Shown here piece by piece: positions 21,355 through 32,353 of a stretch of DNA of 64,000 bases. Below the pieces are notes generated by a model. That model ran no database searches, was not told where the DNA came from, and saw nothing but the letters and a program-made list of their open reading frames with translations. Numbering within the stretch: position 1 is the first letter of the stretch; each line of letters opens with the position of its first letter. The stretch spans positions 191,607-255,606 of the forward strand of contig JBEPZY010000006.1 of the NCBI GenBank assembly GCA_041640595.1, written 5' to 3'. Made by a program: the position numbers and the translations under genes. This DNA comes from Gemmatales bacterium (lineage in GTDB: Bacteria > Planctomycetota > Planctomycetia > Gemmatales > HRBIN36).

Positions 21355-21572
21355 AATCTCTCCTCGCCGCACGCCCAGCAGCTCCGTCTGTACAAGCCTC
21401 CCCGAATTGCACCCGACCGGACGCCGGAATACCGACATCCAGCTCCGGCGCAATCACCTTGCGGCACCGGGCGAAAATCTAACGCTTGTATCGGCAATAG
21501 CGACGCGGGAGTCCAGAAAAACTTTGCTCAGCAGACAGACCGCACGGATTTTAGCAAATGTGCCGGCATAAT

Positions 21573-21995
21573 TTAGGAAGGGTTCTTTCGCCTCACTTTC
21601 AAAGTTACTTCAGTGGAGTCTGGCTTGACCTCCAGCATCAGCTCATTGCCCTCGGCATAACTTTCCGGTACCATCTGGAAGAAGTTTTGACTATCATTGG
21701 CCGGAGCGGCGATCCGCACCCGGTATTTGCCGATCTCCGCACCATTAGCACCACCACTATGCTTGAGTTCGAACGATCCATCGTCCTTGACTTCGCCGGT
21801 TGCCGGTTTCCGATCCGGGTCCACCGGTTCCAGAATGATTCGCGTGCCCACCGGCAAAGGTCTGCCATCCTCAAAGACCACCCGCCCTTTCACCCGCACC
21901 ACCGGATGTTTCGCTCCTCCGCAGCCGCACATTAAACCCCCGACCATTATCAAAGCACCCAGCCACAGCACACTTGCGCGGACACCTTTCGTCAT
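21573..21995 (-). CDS. Small lipoprotein (carboxypeptidase-regulatory-like fold), usual companion of DUF1559 genes
   Basis: CGCGG lipobox; VKGRVVFEDGRPL, ATGEVKDDGSFEL, GAEIGKYRVRI, VPESY. Confidence 0.8.
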   Translation of the reverse strand: MTKGVRASVLWLGALIMVGGLMCGCGGAKHPVVRVKGRVVFEDGRPLPVGTRIILEPVDPDRKPATGEVKDDGSFELKHSGGANGAEIGKYRVRIAAPANDSQNFFQMVPESYAEGNELMLEVKPDSTEVTLKVRRKNPS

Positions 21996-22225
21996 GCTTA
22001 GTTCCTCCTTTCTGTACAGCTTGCTTACACACCGCCTATGTCGGTGTTCTATCTATGCCATCCGATTAGGAAGATTCTGCCAGCCATTCCCGTGTATTAG
22101 TCGTAAAGTTGGGTTTCTAATAAAGGGACGTCCCCCTTACCTTAGAGGCTCGGGGGACTATAGGACTCTAAATGTGGGGATGTGGTGTCATCTCGAAGAA
22201 TCGCGCGTACCTTAACTTACCACGA

Positions 22226-23344
22226 CTAATCTTCCAGGTGGACCGTTTCCCGACCGGCCCGCGTACCGAGAGCGAAGACCACTCTTAGAGTGATACCTTC
22301 CGATACGAAGCGCACACTTCCATCCGCGAATAATGCGTAGGCACCGCCGACATGGAAACTAAACCATTCATTGTTCGGACCGCAATCGTGATACGTCCAC
22401 GGGCAGGTTGGAGGCCCTCCAAAAGGTCGGGGATTGTTATTCAATGGTTGTGAACAGCCTGAGGTATTATCAGGTTCCGCCCAGCGCCAGTGAGCACGAC
22501 CACAGCCGGTTACCGGATCGTGATAGTTGTTTACGGGCAAGCCGGAGGAACCAGGATCCCCGATCATCGTGGAATTCCTACCAACATCTTCGTAAACGAG
22601 GATGGTATAAGAAGTGCCGTCAGCAATTTGTGTTATATTCGATGCGCCATAACTAAGATCGATACCACCCATAGCCTTGATCGCCGAACTTTCCAGCAAC
22701 TGCACGCTCTTTTTATCACTTACGAAGCACGGAGCTCCGCTATTGACCGAATACTTTTTGTAGTAAGAAAGCGGATACGGGTCAGAAGTGAATGCCGAAG
22801 CAAACCTGCCAGCGGGCAAGCCGGTGGCTGCAGCATTGGCACTGCTAATCTCAACATAAGGAAGCACAGCGTAATCCGAAGCAGCATATCCTTCCGAGTC
22901 GCGCGGCGAGCTGCGTAGAGGATTAGTCGGGCAGAGCAGGGTCTTGATCACCTTTCCTGGTCCCCGGCCCTGACTGGCTAGGGTGGCATTAATTCCCTCG
23001 TTGTAGCGTAAAGTCAAATCCATGTCCGTATAGGCAACTTCTTCGTCCAGGTAAGGCAAAAGTATTGTCCAGGGACTATGAAAGCACTGGGTTTTATACA
23101 CGTTGCCGTCCGTCCACGTGACCAGATGCTCACCACTGCGAGGAAACTTATTGCGGTCACTGTGGTAATTGTGGATTGCAATACCCTGTTGCCGCATGTT
23201 ATTCATGCAGCGGGCACGGTTCGCTGCTTCCCGAGCTTTCTGGATCGCCGGCAGCAATAGCGATACCAGCAAGGCAATGATCGCGATTACCACCAGCAGC
23301 TCGACCAGCGTAAAGGCATGGCTTTTCCTTCCTTCTCGCAGCAT
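22226..23344 (-). CDS. DUF1559 prepilin-type N-terminal cleavage/methylation protein
   Basis: [41 protein letters not shown]-terminal H-x9-DG motif ([15 protein letters not shown]). Start chosen from the GGGAGG RBS. Confidence 0.92.
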   Translation of the reverse strand: MLREGRKSHAFTLVELLVVIAIIALLVSLLLPAIQKAREAANRARCMNNMRQQGIAIHNYHSDRNKFPRSGEHLVTWTDGNVYKTQCFHSPWTILLPYLDEEVAYTDMDLTLRYNEGINATLASQGRGPGKVIKTLLCPTNPLRSSPRDSEGYAASDYAVLPYVEISSANAAATGLPAGRFASAFTSDPYPLSYYKKYSVNSGAPCFVSDKKSVQLLESSAIKAMGGIDLSYGASNITQIADGTSYTILVYEDVGRNSTMIGDPGSSGLPVNNYHDPVTGCGRAHWRWAEPDNTSGCSQPLNNNPRPFGGPPTCPWTYHDCGPNNEWFSFHVGGAYALFADGSVRFVSEGITLRVVFALGTRAGRETVHLED

Positions 23345-23877
23345 GGTCATCCTCCCATCTTTGCGGTTGAAGCGGGAATCCCCCTTGACATTGTTTCTCT
23401 CTCGCATGATGGTAATCCTCCAATGCTTAGCAAGGCTCTGCTTAGTGCTCTTCACATCCATCGGCTCGCTCCTAATGTTTAGAGCCACATGCCCACATTT
23501 GCCGCATGGGTTGCATCTTGCCTCTTCGTCGGAGATTCGTGCCGACATCTAAGCTTCCTCCTGGATTTAGGTTAGCCAGCATAAGCTTCGTCTCCATTGA
23601 TGGAGCCTGACCGGCTTAGACTGTTCAGAGCTTAGTTGCTAATTGCCTCCACCCCTGATTAGCTGCGATGCTGACCTGGAGACTTAGTTTCTTATCAAGG
23701 TTCGCCGGGATTATAGCAATCGAGTGTGAAGATTCGGCGAAGGAACCGCGAAAAACTGGCGGAATGCACGATTGCTTGCGGTTAACGAAGCGAAAGGCAG
23801 CGCGCCGTTGCACATGGCCAAAGCTATATAATGGCACCGGAACGGAAGTTACGTCGAACCGATTGAAGGAGATCCTC

Positions 23878-24939
23878 ATGCAACGCAGTCTGGCGATGAT
23901 GGTGCTGCTCGGAGTGAGTCTGGGACCTGCCGTGAACCAGAGTGAGCTGGATTGGACAAAAGCCGAGGCGAAATATCTACGCAACATCCGTCAGCTGACG
24001 TTTGGCTTTGAGCGAGCGGGCGAGGCGTATTTTTCGCCGGACATGAGGCACATCGTTTTCCAGGCGGAAGAGAAGGGAGCGAATCCGTTTTACCAGATAT
24101 ACGTGATGGAACTTGCTAGCGGTCGAACCTGGCGCGTCAGTCCCGGTGTGGGGCGTTGCACGTGCGCCTATTTTCATCCGAGCGGAGAAAAATTGATTTT
24201 TGCGAGCACCCATCTCGATCCGGAAGCCCCGCGGAAACAACGGGAGGAGCTGGAACGGCGGGCTGCGGAAGCGAAACAAGGCAAGCCTCGCCGCTACGAA
24301 TGGGTTTTCGACCCGGCCTTCGACATTTTCGAATGCCGATTGGACGGTACGAGCCTGCGGCGTTTAACCGATACGCCGGGATACGATGCTGAAGGAAGTT
24401 ACTCGCCGGACGGCAAGCAGATTGTGTTTTGCTCGGCACGCGATGGCAACCTGGAACTGTACATTATGGACAGCGATGGTCGCAACGTTCGCAAATTGAC
24501 GAATGCTCCCGGTTGTTACAACGGTGGGCCATTCTTTTCGCCCGATGGTAAGCGCGTCATCTTCCGTGCCGACCGCAGGAAAAAAGATTACCTTCAGATT
24601 TTCGTCATCAACAGCGACGGTACTGGTGAGGAACAATTGACCGACACTGAAGGCGTCAACTGGGGCCCTTACTGGCACCCGAACGGTCAACATATCATTT
24701 ACGCAGCTGCCGATCATTCCAATCCGGCAGTTCGGCCGAATTATGATTTGTGGCTGATGCATGTCGCCACCCGTCGGAAAGTTAGAATAACTTATGCACC
24801 GGGAGCCGATGTCCTGCCGGTATTCAGCCCGGACGGCAAGAAACTGATGTGGACTTCAACACGGGATGGACGAATGGCCGGGTCGCAGATTTTCCTGGCC
24901 GATTTCATCATGCCCGCAGAAAGCGAGTTTCAACCGTGA
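23878..24939 (+). CDS. TolB-like secreted beta-propeller (PD40 repeats)
   Basis: Signal peptide; GEAYFSPD, YDAEGSYSPDGKQIVFCS, GGPFFSPDGKRVIFR, LPVFSPDGKKLMWTS; AAGGAG RBS. Confidence 0.88.
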   Translation: MQRSLAMMVLLGVSLGPAVNQSELDWTKAEAKYLRNIRQLTFGFERAGEAYFSPDMRHIVFQAEEKGANPFYQIYVMELASGRTWRVSPGVGRCTCAYFHPSGEKLIFASTHLDPEAPRKQREELERRAAEAKQGKPRRYEWVFDPAFDIFECRLDGTSLRRLTDTPGYDAEGSYSPDGKQIVFCSARDGNLELYIMDSDGRNVRKLTNAPGCYNGGPFFSPDGKRVIFRADRRKKDYLQIFVINSDGTGEEQLTDTEGVNWGPYWHPNGQHIIYAAADHSNPAVRPNYDLWLMHVATRRKVRITYAPGADVLPVFSPDGKKLMWTSTRDGRMAGSQIFLADFIMPAESEFQP

Positions 24940-26222
24940 GCCAGTCCTCAGCCATGCTACCTTTTGACACGCCGCCATCTCCACCCGGTGCGAAAGCGGT
25001 GTCGGCACTGACCGTCTCGCAGTTGACCGCGCTTATCCGGGAACTGCTCGAAGAAGCGTTCGACGACGTTTGGGTCTGTGGCGAGATTTCCAACCATAAG
25101 GAGCACATGTCTGGACACGTGTATTTCACCCTCAAGGACGAGACAGCGCAAATACGCTGTGTTATGTGGCGGGATGCAGCGAAACGGTTGCGGTTTCGGG
25201 TTCACGACGGCTTGCAGGTTCTCGTGCGTGGACGGGTAAGCGTTTTTCCGCCACGGGGCGATTACCAGCTGTACGTCCGCGAGATGCAACCGCGTGGTCT
25301 GGGCCCGCTGGAGCTGGCTTTTCGGCAGCTGTACGAAAAGTTGCAAAAACTTGGCTTGTTTGCCCCGGAACGAAAACGGCCATTACCCCGTGTGCCGCGA
25401 CGTATCGGCATCGTCACCAGTCCACGCGGCGCGGTAATCCGCGATATGTTGCGCATTCTGGGACGCCGCTGGCCACTCGCAGAGATCTGGATTCGTCCCG
25501 TAACCGTACAGGGCGAAACGGCTCCGGCGGAGATCACGGAAGCCCTGCGCTGGTTTGGTCGGTTGAGCGGAGTAGTGGACGTGGTGATTGTGGCCCGAGG
25601 CGGAGGAAGTGCCGAAGACCTGTGGGCCTTCAACGAAGAATGCGTTGCTTTTGCTATTCGTGCTTGCAGTGAAAATGGCGTACCTGTGATCTCTGCGGTT
25701 GGCCACGAAGTGGACTGGACGATTGCTGATTATGCCGCCGACAAACGCGCCGCCACGCCCAGTGAGGCCGCTGAAATGGTCGTTCCCGACCAACAGGAAA
25801 TGCGGCAGCTGCTGCAAACGTGGAAACGGCGACTCGAACAGGCGTTGCGGAGCCGAGTGCAAAATGCTCGACGGCATCTCGAAAGTTTTCTGCGGCATCC
25901 GGTTTTTCGCCGCCCCCTCCAGCGTATCAAGGAAAAAGTGCAGCTGGTGGACGATCTGGGTTCCCAGTTGCACCAGGCTATGCAGCATTTCCTGTCGGAG
26001 CGAAAACAGCAACTGGCTTTGCTGAGCAGTCGGCTGCACGCTCTCAGTCCCCTGCAGGTCCTGCAGCGAGGTTACAGCTTGACGTGGAAAGAAGGGGAAA
26101 AAGCGTTGCTCCGCAGTAGCGATGAGGTAGCGGTAGGGGATTGTTTGATTACCCAGCTGGCTCGGGGCTGCCTGCGCAGTCGTGTCGAAAGCGTACAATC
26201 TCCGGGAGATGCTCACTCATGA
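24936..26222 (+). CDS. xseA: Exodeoxyribonuclease VII large subunit
   Basis: VWVCGEISN, SGHVYFTLKD, IGIVTSPRGAVIRD, ARGGGSAEDLWAFNEE, SAVGHEVD, RAATPSEAAE, LQRGYS. Start is GTG 24936 or ATG 24954. Confidence 0.95.
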   Translation: MSQSSAMLPFDTPPSPPGAKAVSALTVSQLTALIRELLEEAFDDVWVCGEISNHKEHMSGHVYFTLKDETAQIRCVMWRDAAKRLRFRVHDGLQVLVRGRVSVFPPRGDYQLYVREMQPRGLGPLELAFRQLYEKLQKLGLFAPERKRPLPRVPRRIGIVTSPRGAVIRDMLRILGRRWPLAEIWIRPVTVQGETAPAEITEALRWFGRLSGVVDVVIVARGGGSAEDLWAFNEECVAFAIRACSENGVPVISAVGHEVDWTIADYAADKRAATPSEAAEMVVPDQQEMRQLLQTWKRRLEQALRSRVQNARRHLESFLRHPVFRRPLQRIKEKVQLVDDLGSQLHQAMQHFLSERKQQLALLSSRLHALSPLQVLQRGYSLTWKEGEKALLRSSDEVAVGDCLITQLARGCLRSRVESVQSPGDAHS

Positions 26223-26536
26223 CCGCAGATGAATTCGACCAGACGCTTGTGCAACTGAGCTTTGAACAGGCGTTGACGGAGTTGGAAAAACAAGTGGATG
26301 CGCTCGAGCACGGCCAGTTGGGGCTGGAAGACGCGCTGGCTTGTTTCGAGCGAGGAGTGAAGCTGCTGCGGCGATGCTATCAGTTGCTGGAACGTGCCGA
26401 GCAGCGCGTGCAGGAACTGGTCGGCTTATCGGAACGCGGAGAGGCCGTGGTTCGACCTTTCTCGTTGCCGGAAGAGGAAGCTACTCCCGGCCGGGCCGCC
26501 AACAGTGCTTCCGCTGCCCAGTCCAAGACCACTTGA
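26219..26536 (+). CDS. xseB: Exodeoxyribonuclease VII small subunit
   Basis: SFEQALTELEKQVDALEHGQLGLEDALACFERGVKL...AEQRV; overlaps the xseA stop (ATGA). Confidence 0.93.
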   Translation: MTADEFDQTLVQLSFEQALTELEKQVDALEHGQLGLEDALACFERGVKLLRRCYQLLERAEQRVQELVGLSERGEAVVRPFSLPEEEATPGRAANSASAAQSKTT

Positions 26537-26549
26537 TCTGGCGCTGCTT

Positions 26550-27500
26550 ATGAACGACTGGCCATTTGCCGAACTGCGGCAGGTTATTGAAGAAGCGCTG
26601 GAAGCCTATCTCCGACCGCAAGCCCATGTGCCGGAGCGGTTACGGCAAGCCATGCACTATGGGTTACTCGGGCCCGGCAAACGTTTGCGACCCATCTTGA
26701 CGCTGCTCAGCGCTGAGGCTTGCGGTGCCGATTATCGCTCGGCATTGCCCGCTGCCTGTGCGGTTGAAATGGTTCACGCTTATTCGCTGATTCACGACGA
26801 TTTGCCAGCCATGGACGATGATGACCTGCGTCGCGGTCGTCCGACATGCCATCGCCAATTCGACGAGGCAACCGCTATCCTGGCCGGCGATGCTTTGTTG
26901 ACTTTGGCTTTCGAGGTACTCTGCACCATTTCGCCGCCGGCTCTGGCCAGCGTATGCGTGCAAACTCTGGCCCGGGCAGCGGGGATGGCTGGAATGGTTG
27001 GCGGGCAAATGGATGATTTGCTGGCGGAACGGCACGCGTTACCCCAGGACTTGACTGTTCTGTCCAGCATCCACGCCCGAAAAACCGCTGCCCTCTTTCG
27101 AGCCGCTGCACGACTCGGTGGTTGCATCGCCAACTGGCACCGCTTGCAGCAACCCGAACTGTTACTATCCAGCCAGACACTGCCGCCGAATGCCTCGTCT
27201 GATTCCCTGGCCTGGCAGCAGTTGTTCGCGCTGGACAAATATGCGGCGGCTCTGGGACTGGCTTTTCAAATCGCTGACGATTTGCTCGATGTCGAAGGCC
27301 ACGAACAGCAGACCGGCAAGCGCGTCGGCAAAGATGCGCGTCGGGGTAAATTAACGTTCCCCGGCCTTTGTGGTGTCGAAGAAGCCCGTCGGCAAATGGA
27401 ACTGGCCCGACAGCAAGCGGAGGAGGCTTTGGGCATTTTCGGCAATTCGGGCGACAAATTGCGGCTATTGGCGCAACTGGTCGTGCGTCGCAGTCGCTGA
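26550..27500 (+). CDS. ispA: Polyprenyl (farnesyl/geranylgeranyl) diphosphate synthase
   Basis: GKRLRP, SLIHDDLPAMDDDDLRRGRPTCH, GGQMDD, KTAALF, FQIADDLLD. Confidence 0.93.
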   Translation: MNDWPFAELRQVIEEALEAYLRPQAHVPERLRQAMHYGLLGPGKRLRPILTLLSAEACGADYRSALPAACAVEMVHAYSLIHDDLPAMDDDDLRRGRPTCHRQFDEATAILAGDALLTLAFEVLCTISPPALASVCVQTLARAAGMAGMVGGQMDDLLAERHALPQDLTVLSSIHARKTAALFRAAARLGGCIANWHRLQQPELLLSSQTLPPNASSDSLAWQQLFALDKYAAALGLAFQIADDLLDVEGHEQQTGKRVGKDARRGKLTFPGLCGVEEARRQMELARQQAEEALGIFGNSGDKLRLLAQLVVRRSR

Positions 27501-27586
27501 TGTTTTCTATAATGTTCCGGGGTCAACATCCCAGGAGCAGGATGGCTCCGGTCGAAGAGCTACGGACGGGAAAAAGTTACCGCGGC

Positions 27587-29509
27587 ATGACTTCAGCAAA
27601 GCTTCTCCCGCAAATTCGCACACCCGCGGATTTGCACCGCCTTTCTGATGCCGAATTGCTGGAGCTCGCCCAGGAAATCCGCGACGAACTGGTGCGGGTG
27701 TTGCGCCTGCGCTCTGCACATTTTGCCAGCAACCTCGGTGTCGTGGAGTTGTGCCTGGCACTGCATTTGACCTTTGATTTCAGCCGCGATCGGTTGATCT
27801 GGGACACAGGGCATCAGATTTATCCGCACAAACTCATCACCGGTCGTTACCATTTGTTCGACACCATTCGCAGCAAAGGCGGCCTGATGGGTTATCCCAA
27901 CCCAGCGGAAAGTCCTTACGATTTGTTTCTCACGGGACACGCCGGTTGCAGCATTTCCTGCGGTCTGGGTTTGCGAGTCGGCGACGAATTGCTCGGCGAA
28001 GCCGACCGCCACACGGTTGTTGTCATCGGTGATGGTGCGTTGCCCAGCGGTATTGCCTACGAGGCGATGAACAATGCCGGCGGGCTGAAAAAGAAGCTGA
28101 TCATCATTCTCAACGACAACAAAATGTCCATTTGTCCGCGGGTCGGTGGGCTGGCGCAGATGCTCGATCGTGCGCGGCTGACGCATTTGTACCAGGACAG
28201 CAAAGCCGCTCTGCAGAATTTGCTGGCGCGACTACCGCTGGTGGGGGCTGTGGCCACGCATTATTTCGAGCATGCCCGCGATGCTCTCAAAGCATTTTTC
28301 ACCGGCGGCATGCTTTTTGAAGAACTGGGCCTGCGCTATTTCGGTCCCGTGGACGGTCACGATCTGTTCGGGCTGCGTCGCTGGCTGCACGATCTCAAGC
28401 AACAGGACGGCCCTATCCTATTGCACGTGCTGACCCAGAAGGGTCGGGGCGTTCCTCAAGCCGAGCAGGACCCGGTCACGTTCCATGCTCCGCCGGTCAT
28501 TGAGGAGGTAGATGCCCAGCGCAACATCCTGAAACTGAAGCGGGCCGGCCAGCTTTCCTATACCGATGCCGTCAGCCGCACCATCTACCAACTCATGTCC
28601 GAGAACCGTCGCGTTGTGGCGATCACCGCGGCCATGTGCCAGGGCAACAAACTGGAAAAGGTTCGCAGCGATTTTCCCGACCGCTTTTTTGACGTAGGAA
28701 TCTGCGAAGCTCACGCGGTTGCCTTTGCTGCGGGGCTGGCTAAGGCAGGCATCCGACCCATTGTCGCTATTTATTCGACTTTCCTGCAGCGGGCTTTTGA
28801 CCAACTGTTCCAGGAAATAGCCCTGCAGGATTTGCCTGTGGTCTTCTGCCTGGATCGCGCCGGCCTGACCGGCCCCGATGGCCCCACGCATCACGGCGTT
28901 TTCGACACGGTGTATCTACGATTGTTCCCAAACTTCATCGTCATGGCTCCCGGGGATGAACTCGACATCGCCCCTATGCTTCAGTTTGCCCTGGAACAAA
29001 AGCATCCCACCGCCCTGCGCTATCCCAAAGCCAATCTCGACCGCGTGCCTCGACAGGTGGCACCGGTTCGTCTGGGCCAGGCAGAAGTGCTTCGCCGGGG
29101 ACACGACGGTGCACTGATCGTTTACGGTAGCTTGCTGGCTCAGGGCTGCCAGGCCGCCGAACAGCTCCGCACGCAGCATGGCCTGGAACTGACCGTGATC
29201 AATGCACGCTTCGCCAAACCACTCGACCGCCAGACCATACTGACCGCTGTCCGCGAGTTGCCTTTTGTCATCACCGTGGAAGAAGGCACATTGGAAGGTG
29301 GATTCGGGAGCGCTGTTCTGGAAGCCGCTAACGATGCCGGTCTCGACACCCGCCATATTCATCGCCTCGGCATCCCCGACCGCTTTATCGAACACGGCGA
29401 ACGCGCTGAGTTACTGACCGACCTTGGTCTCGACGCTCACGGCATCGCACAGTGTGCTTTGCAGCTGGCCCAGCGCCGCCTCTCATTCACCGCCTCCGCA
29501 GGCGCTTGA
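27587..29509 (+). CDS. dxs: 1-deoxy-D-xylulose-5-phosphate synthase
   Basis: HFASNLGVVEL, WDTGHQIYPHK, GDGAL...NDN, GPVDGHD, DVGICEAHAV, YSTFLQRAFDQ, DGPTHHG. Alternative start at 27542. Confidence 0.96.
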   Translation: MTSAKLLPQIRTPADLHRLSDAELLELAQEIRDELVRVLRLRSAHFASNLGVVELCLALHLTFDFSRDRLIWDTGHQIYPHKLITGRYHLFDTIRSKGGLMGYPNPAESPYDLFLTGHAGCSISCGLGLRVGDELLGEADRHTVVVIGDGALPSGIAYEAMNNAGGLKKKLIIILNDNKMSICPRVGGLAQMLDRARLTHLYQDSKAALQNLLARLPLVGAVATHYFEHARDALKAFFTGGMLFEELGLRYFGPVDGHDLFGLRRWLHDLKQQDGPILLHVLTQKGRGVPQAEQDPVTFHAPPVIEEVDAQRNILKLKRAGQLSYTDAVSRTIYQLMSENRRVVAITAAMCQGNKLEKVRSDFPDRFFDVGICEAHAVAFAAGLAKAGIRPIVAIYSTFLQRAFDQLFQEIALQDLPVVFCLDRAGLTGPDGPTHHGVFDTVYLRLFPNFIVMAPGDELDIAPMLQFALEQKHPTALRYPKANLDRVPRQVAPVRLGQAEVLRRGHDGALIVYGSLLAQGCQAAEQLRTQHGLELTVINARFAKPLDRQTILTAVRELPFVITVEEGTLEGGFGSAVLEAANDAGLDTRHIHRLGIPDRFIEHGERAELLTDLGLDAHGIAQCALQLAQRRLSFTASAGA

Positions 29510-29600
29510 TAACGCTGGCGATGAGCAGCACACTCGCACGCAAGCGAACCCATCGCGACGCAGTCAGTGTCGTCTCCCTGGTTGGAGTTTCGGCACTTAA

Positions 29601-30293
29601 TCAGGGGACTTCTTTGTCGGCGGGTTGTAGCGAGGCAAATTGCTCAGACATCCGGGGACGAATGTGCTGTTCGAGCAAGGCGACCACCTCGTCCACCGAA
29701 AGACCGGTAGTGTCCACGACCACCGCATCCGGAGCGGGGACCATCGGGGCCAAGGCTCGCGTGGCATCCTGAAGGTCGCGCTGCTGTTGCTGCTCTAAAA
29801 CTTCCTCCAGCGTGAGAGCAATGCCTCGTTTGCGTAACTCTTCCCAGCGACGGCGGGCTCGGACTTCCGGTGAGGCGGTGAGGAAGAATTTGCACTCCGC
29901 GTGCGGGAAAACGACCGTACCCTGGTCGCGGCCTTCGGTAACGAGGTTGGTATTGTGGGCGATTCGGCGTTGCCAGTCGCTCAAAAATCGCCGCACCGTG
30001 GGGCTATCGGCTATGCGTCGCGACAACTCGGTAATCTCCGGCTGGCGGATTTGCTCACTGACATCTTCACCAGCCAGGTAAATCCGCCCCTGCTTCCATT
30101 CCAGACGCAGTTGCGGCAGGAGCTCGGCCAGGGCCTGTTCATTATCCGGCGCGATTCCGCGTTGGCGAACTGCCAGGGCGACTGCTCGATACATCGCACC
30201 TGTGTCCAGATAGGTGAATCCGAGGCGTTCAGCCAACTTTCGCGCTACTGTGCTTTTCCCTGCCCCAGCCGGACCGTCCAGCGTGATGATCAT
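29601..30293 (-). CDS. cmk: Cytidylate kinase
   Basis: ITLDGPAGAGKSTVA, LDTGAMYRA, EGRDQGTVVFP, FLTASPEVRARRR. Confidence 0.95.
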   Translation of the reverse strand: MIITLDGPAGAGKSTVARKLAERLGFTYLDTGAMYRAVALAVRQRGIAPDNEQALAELLPQLRLEWKQGRIYLAGEDVSEQIRQPEITELSRRIADSPTVRRFLSDWQRRIAHNTNLVTEGRDQGTVVFPHAECKFFLTASPEVRARRRWEELRKRGIALTLEEVLEQQQQRDLQDATRALAPMVPAPDAVVVDTTGLSVDEVVALLEQHIRPRMSEQFASLQPADKEVP

Positions 30294-30338
30294 GGAAACC
30301 GTCCCTGTTCTGGTGATGCCGTCCTGGCACATCGCCTC

Positions 30339-31037
30339 TTACGGATGGGCGATGCGAATGAGGAATTGTTCGCCTGCTTCCAGCGTTCGACTGCGAGGTG
30401 CCTGCCAGCCGTGCACTTCGTAGGTAAACGTTCCGGGAGTACGGACGACTCGCTGTTCCTGGCCGGGAGACACGGTGTAGGCAATGCCATCCACGCTTAC
30501 CGTGACTGGCAAGCTCCAATCATTACGGATGATCACCTGACCGGTGGCGATCGGAGCCGCAAATGCTTTACGCACTTCCGGTGCGGAGCGTTGAGCGATC
30601 GAGGATTGCAACCGGTCCATTTCCTGTTTGAACGTGTCGCGAAGGCGAGCCAGTTCCTGTTCGAGCAGGTCGAGCCGTTTAGCCAGCATTTGTTGCTGCA
30701 GAACAGTGTTGACGGCCGCCACGTCTTTTTTCAGTTCGTCAACGCTCTTATCCACCGTCGCCACACCCTGGCGCAACACGGTTATTTCCTGCTTCAGCTC
30801 GCCGACGGCCTTGCTCAGCTGCATTAGCTCCTGCTGTAATTTATCCAGGCGACTGGCCAGGTTCGCTTCATCCGGATTCGCCGGTTTGGCAGGAGCCGGT
30901 TTTTCACCAGGGGCAGACGACCCGGTTGGGTTTGCCGAACCGGATTTCTCCGGCGGTTCCTGTGCCAGTCCCGGCCCCGGTACAACCGAGCCGAATAGTG
31001 CACTCAGTGCCATCGCTGCGAAGATTCGCCACCACAT
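30339..31037 (-). CDS. Secreted coiled-coil hypothetical protein
   Basis: Signal peptide, long heptad-repeat segment and a small C-terminal beta domain; GGAGG RBS. Confidence 0.75.
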   Translation of the reverse strand: MWWRIFAAMALSALFGSVVPGPGLAQEPPEKSGSANPTGSSAPGEKPAPAKPANPDEANLASRLDKLQQELMQLSKAVGELKQEITVLRQGVATVDKSVDELKKDVAAVNTVLQQQMLAKRLDLLEQELARLRDTFKQEMDRLQSSIAQRSAPEVRKAFAAPIATGQVIIRNDWSLPVTVSVDGIAYTVSPGQEQRVVRTPGTFTYEVHGWQAPRSRTLEAGEQFLIRIAHP

Positions 31038-31207
31038 GTTTGTTCCTCCACTCAGATGCAGGGCCCCCATCCCCGCCGCACAAGCTTTCCGAAATTGGTG
31101 TTCCTATGACAGCGTAAGTTTCCATTTGCCCCGTGGCAAGGTAAAACGTTGAGCAGGTACAGCTAGCCGTCGCGAGAATCAAAAGATCGCCGGCGAAAGG
31201 GATACCT

Positions 31208-32272
31208 ATGACCACGGTACGCATTGACCGGGTAAGCAAACGTTTCGGGCAGACTGTGGCCGTGGATGAGGTGAGTCTGGAGATCGCCTCGGGCGAGTTA
31301 TTCTTTCTCCTCGGGCCATCTGGTTGTGGGAAAACCACCCTGTTACGGCTCATAGCGGGTTTTCTGGAACCGGATAGCGGCGAAATCTATTTCGACGGCC
31401 AGCCGATGCGACACGTGCCCGTACAGAAACGCAATTTAGGCATTGTGTTCCAGCATTATGCCCTCTGGCCACACCGCAGCGTTTTTGAAAATATCGCCTA
31501 CGGTCTGCAAGTCCGTCGCTTCTCAGCATCGGAAATTGAACGCCGGGTGCAAGAGATGTTACGCCTCATGCGCCTGGAGGAGTGCCGCGACCGATACCCA
31601 TCGCAATTGTCGGGAGGCCAGCAACAAAGAGTCGCCATGGCCCGTGCGTTAGTCGTTCGACCGCAGCTATTGCTTCTCGATGAACCGCTATCCAATCTGG
31701 ATGCAGCCCTGCGTCAGGAATTGCGAGAGGAAATCCGCCGTGTGCAACGCACCCTGGGCATTACCACCGTTTACGTAACCCACGACCAGGAAGAAGCCCT
31801 CGCCCTGGCAGACAGGCTGGCGGTTTTGCATCAGGGTCGCGTTTTCCAGGTCGGCTCACCGCGGCAGGTGTACGAACTGCCCACGACTCGATTTGTCGCA
31901 ACCTTTCTCGGCGGAGGTAACATCCTGCCAGGTCGTTATCTGGGGCGAACCCACGATGGCCATCTGGTGGAGACGCCGCTGGGACGCTGGCGTACCGTTA
32001 CTCCTCCGCCCGCCGCACTCGCCGACGGTCAGACCGTTTACTGTCTTGTGCGAGCTGAACACTGGCAACCTGGCCCGCTGTCGGTTGAAAATAGCTTCGA
32101 AGCAACCGTCAAGCGCATTCAATTTCACGGCGATAGCTTTGCCGTAGAGCTTGTAGCCGGCGATTTGAGCCTGGATTGGCGTGTGCCTGCTGGCCAATGG
32201 TCAGAGCTGAGCACCGGTCAGACCGTGTTCCTCTCGGCACCGCCACAGCGTCTCGTACTGCTGCCGGAATAA
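31208..32272 (+). CDS. ABC transporter ATP-binding protein (PotA/FbpC-like, TOBE C-terminus)
   Basis: GPSGCGKT, LSGGQQQR, LLLDEPLSNLD, YVTHDQEEA. Confidence 0.92.
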   Translation: MTTVRIDRVSKRFGQTVAVDEVSLEIASGELFFLLGPSGCGKTTLLRLIAGFLEPDSGEIYFDGQPMRHVPVQKRNLGIVFQHYALWPHRSVFENIAYGLQVRRFSASEIERRVQEMLRLMRLEECRDRYPSQLSGGQQQRVAMARALVVRPQLLLLDEPLSNLDAALRQELREEIRRVQRTLGITTVYVTHDQEEALALADRLAVLHQGRVFQVGSPRQVYELPTTRFVATFLGGGNILPGRYLGRTHDGHLVETPLGRWRTVTPPPAALADGQTVYCLVRAEHWQPGPLSVENSFEATVKRIQFHGDSFAVELVAGDLSLDWRVPAGQWSELSTGQTVFLSAPPQRLVLLPE

Positions 32273-32353
32273 TTTCCGCCTCGTAACTTAACGCAGGCAA
32301 TGTTCTGCGCGCGAAGAACAACGTAGGCGACTGGAGCCATTAGGAGCCCGACT

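Noticed and set aside
23808..23832. Sigma70 promoter TTGCAC...TATAAT upstream of the TolB-like gene
   Set aside because: The spacer is only 13 nt; the -10 may be real but this pairing is not supportable.
27130..27225. ~20-aa insertion in IspA suggesting an intein or frameshift
   Set aside because: It is far too short for an intein, has no splice motifs and keeps the frame; most likely a surface-loop expansion.
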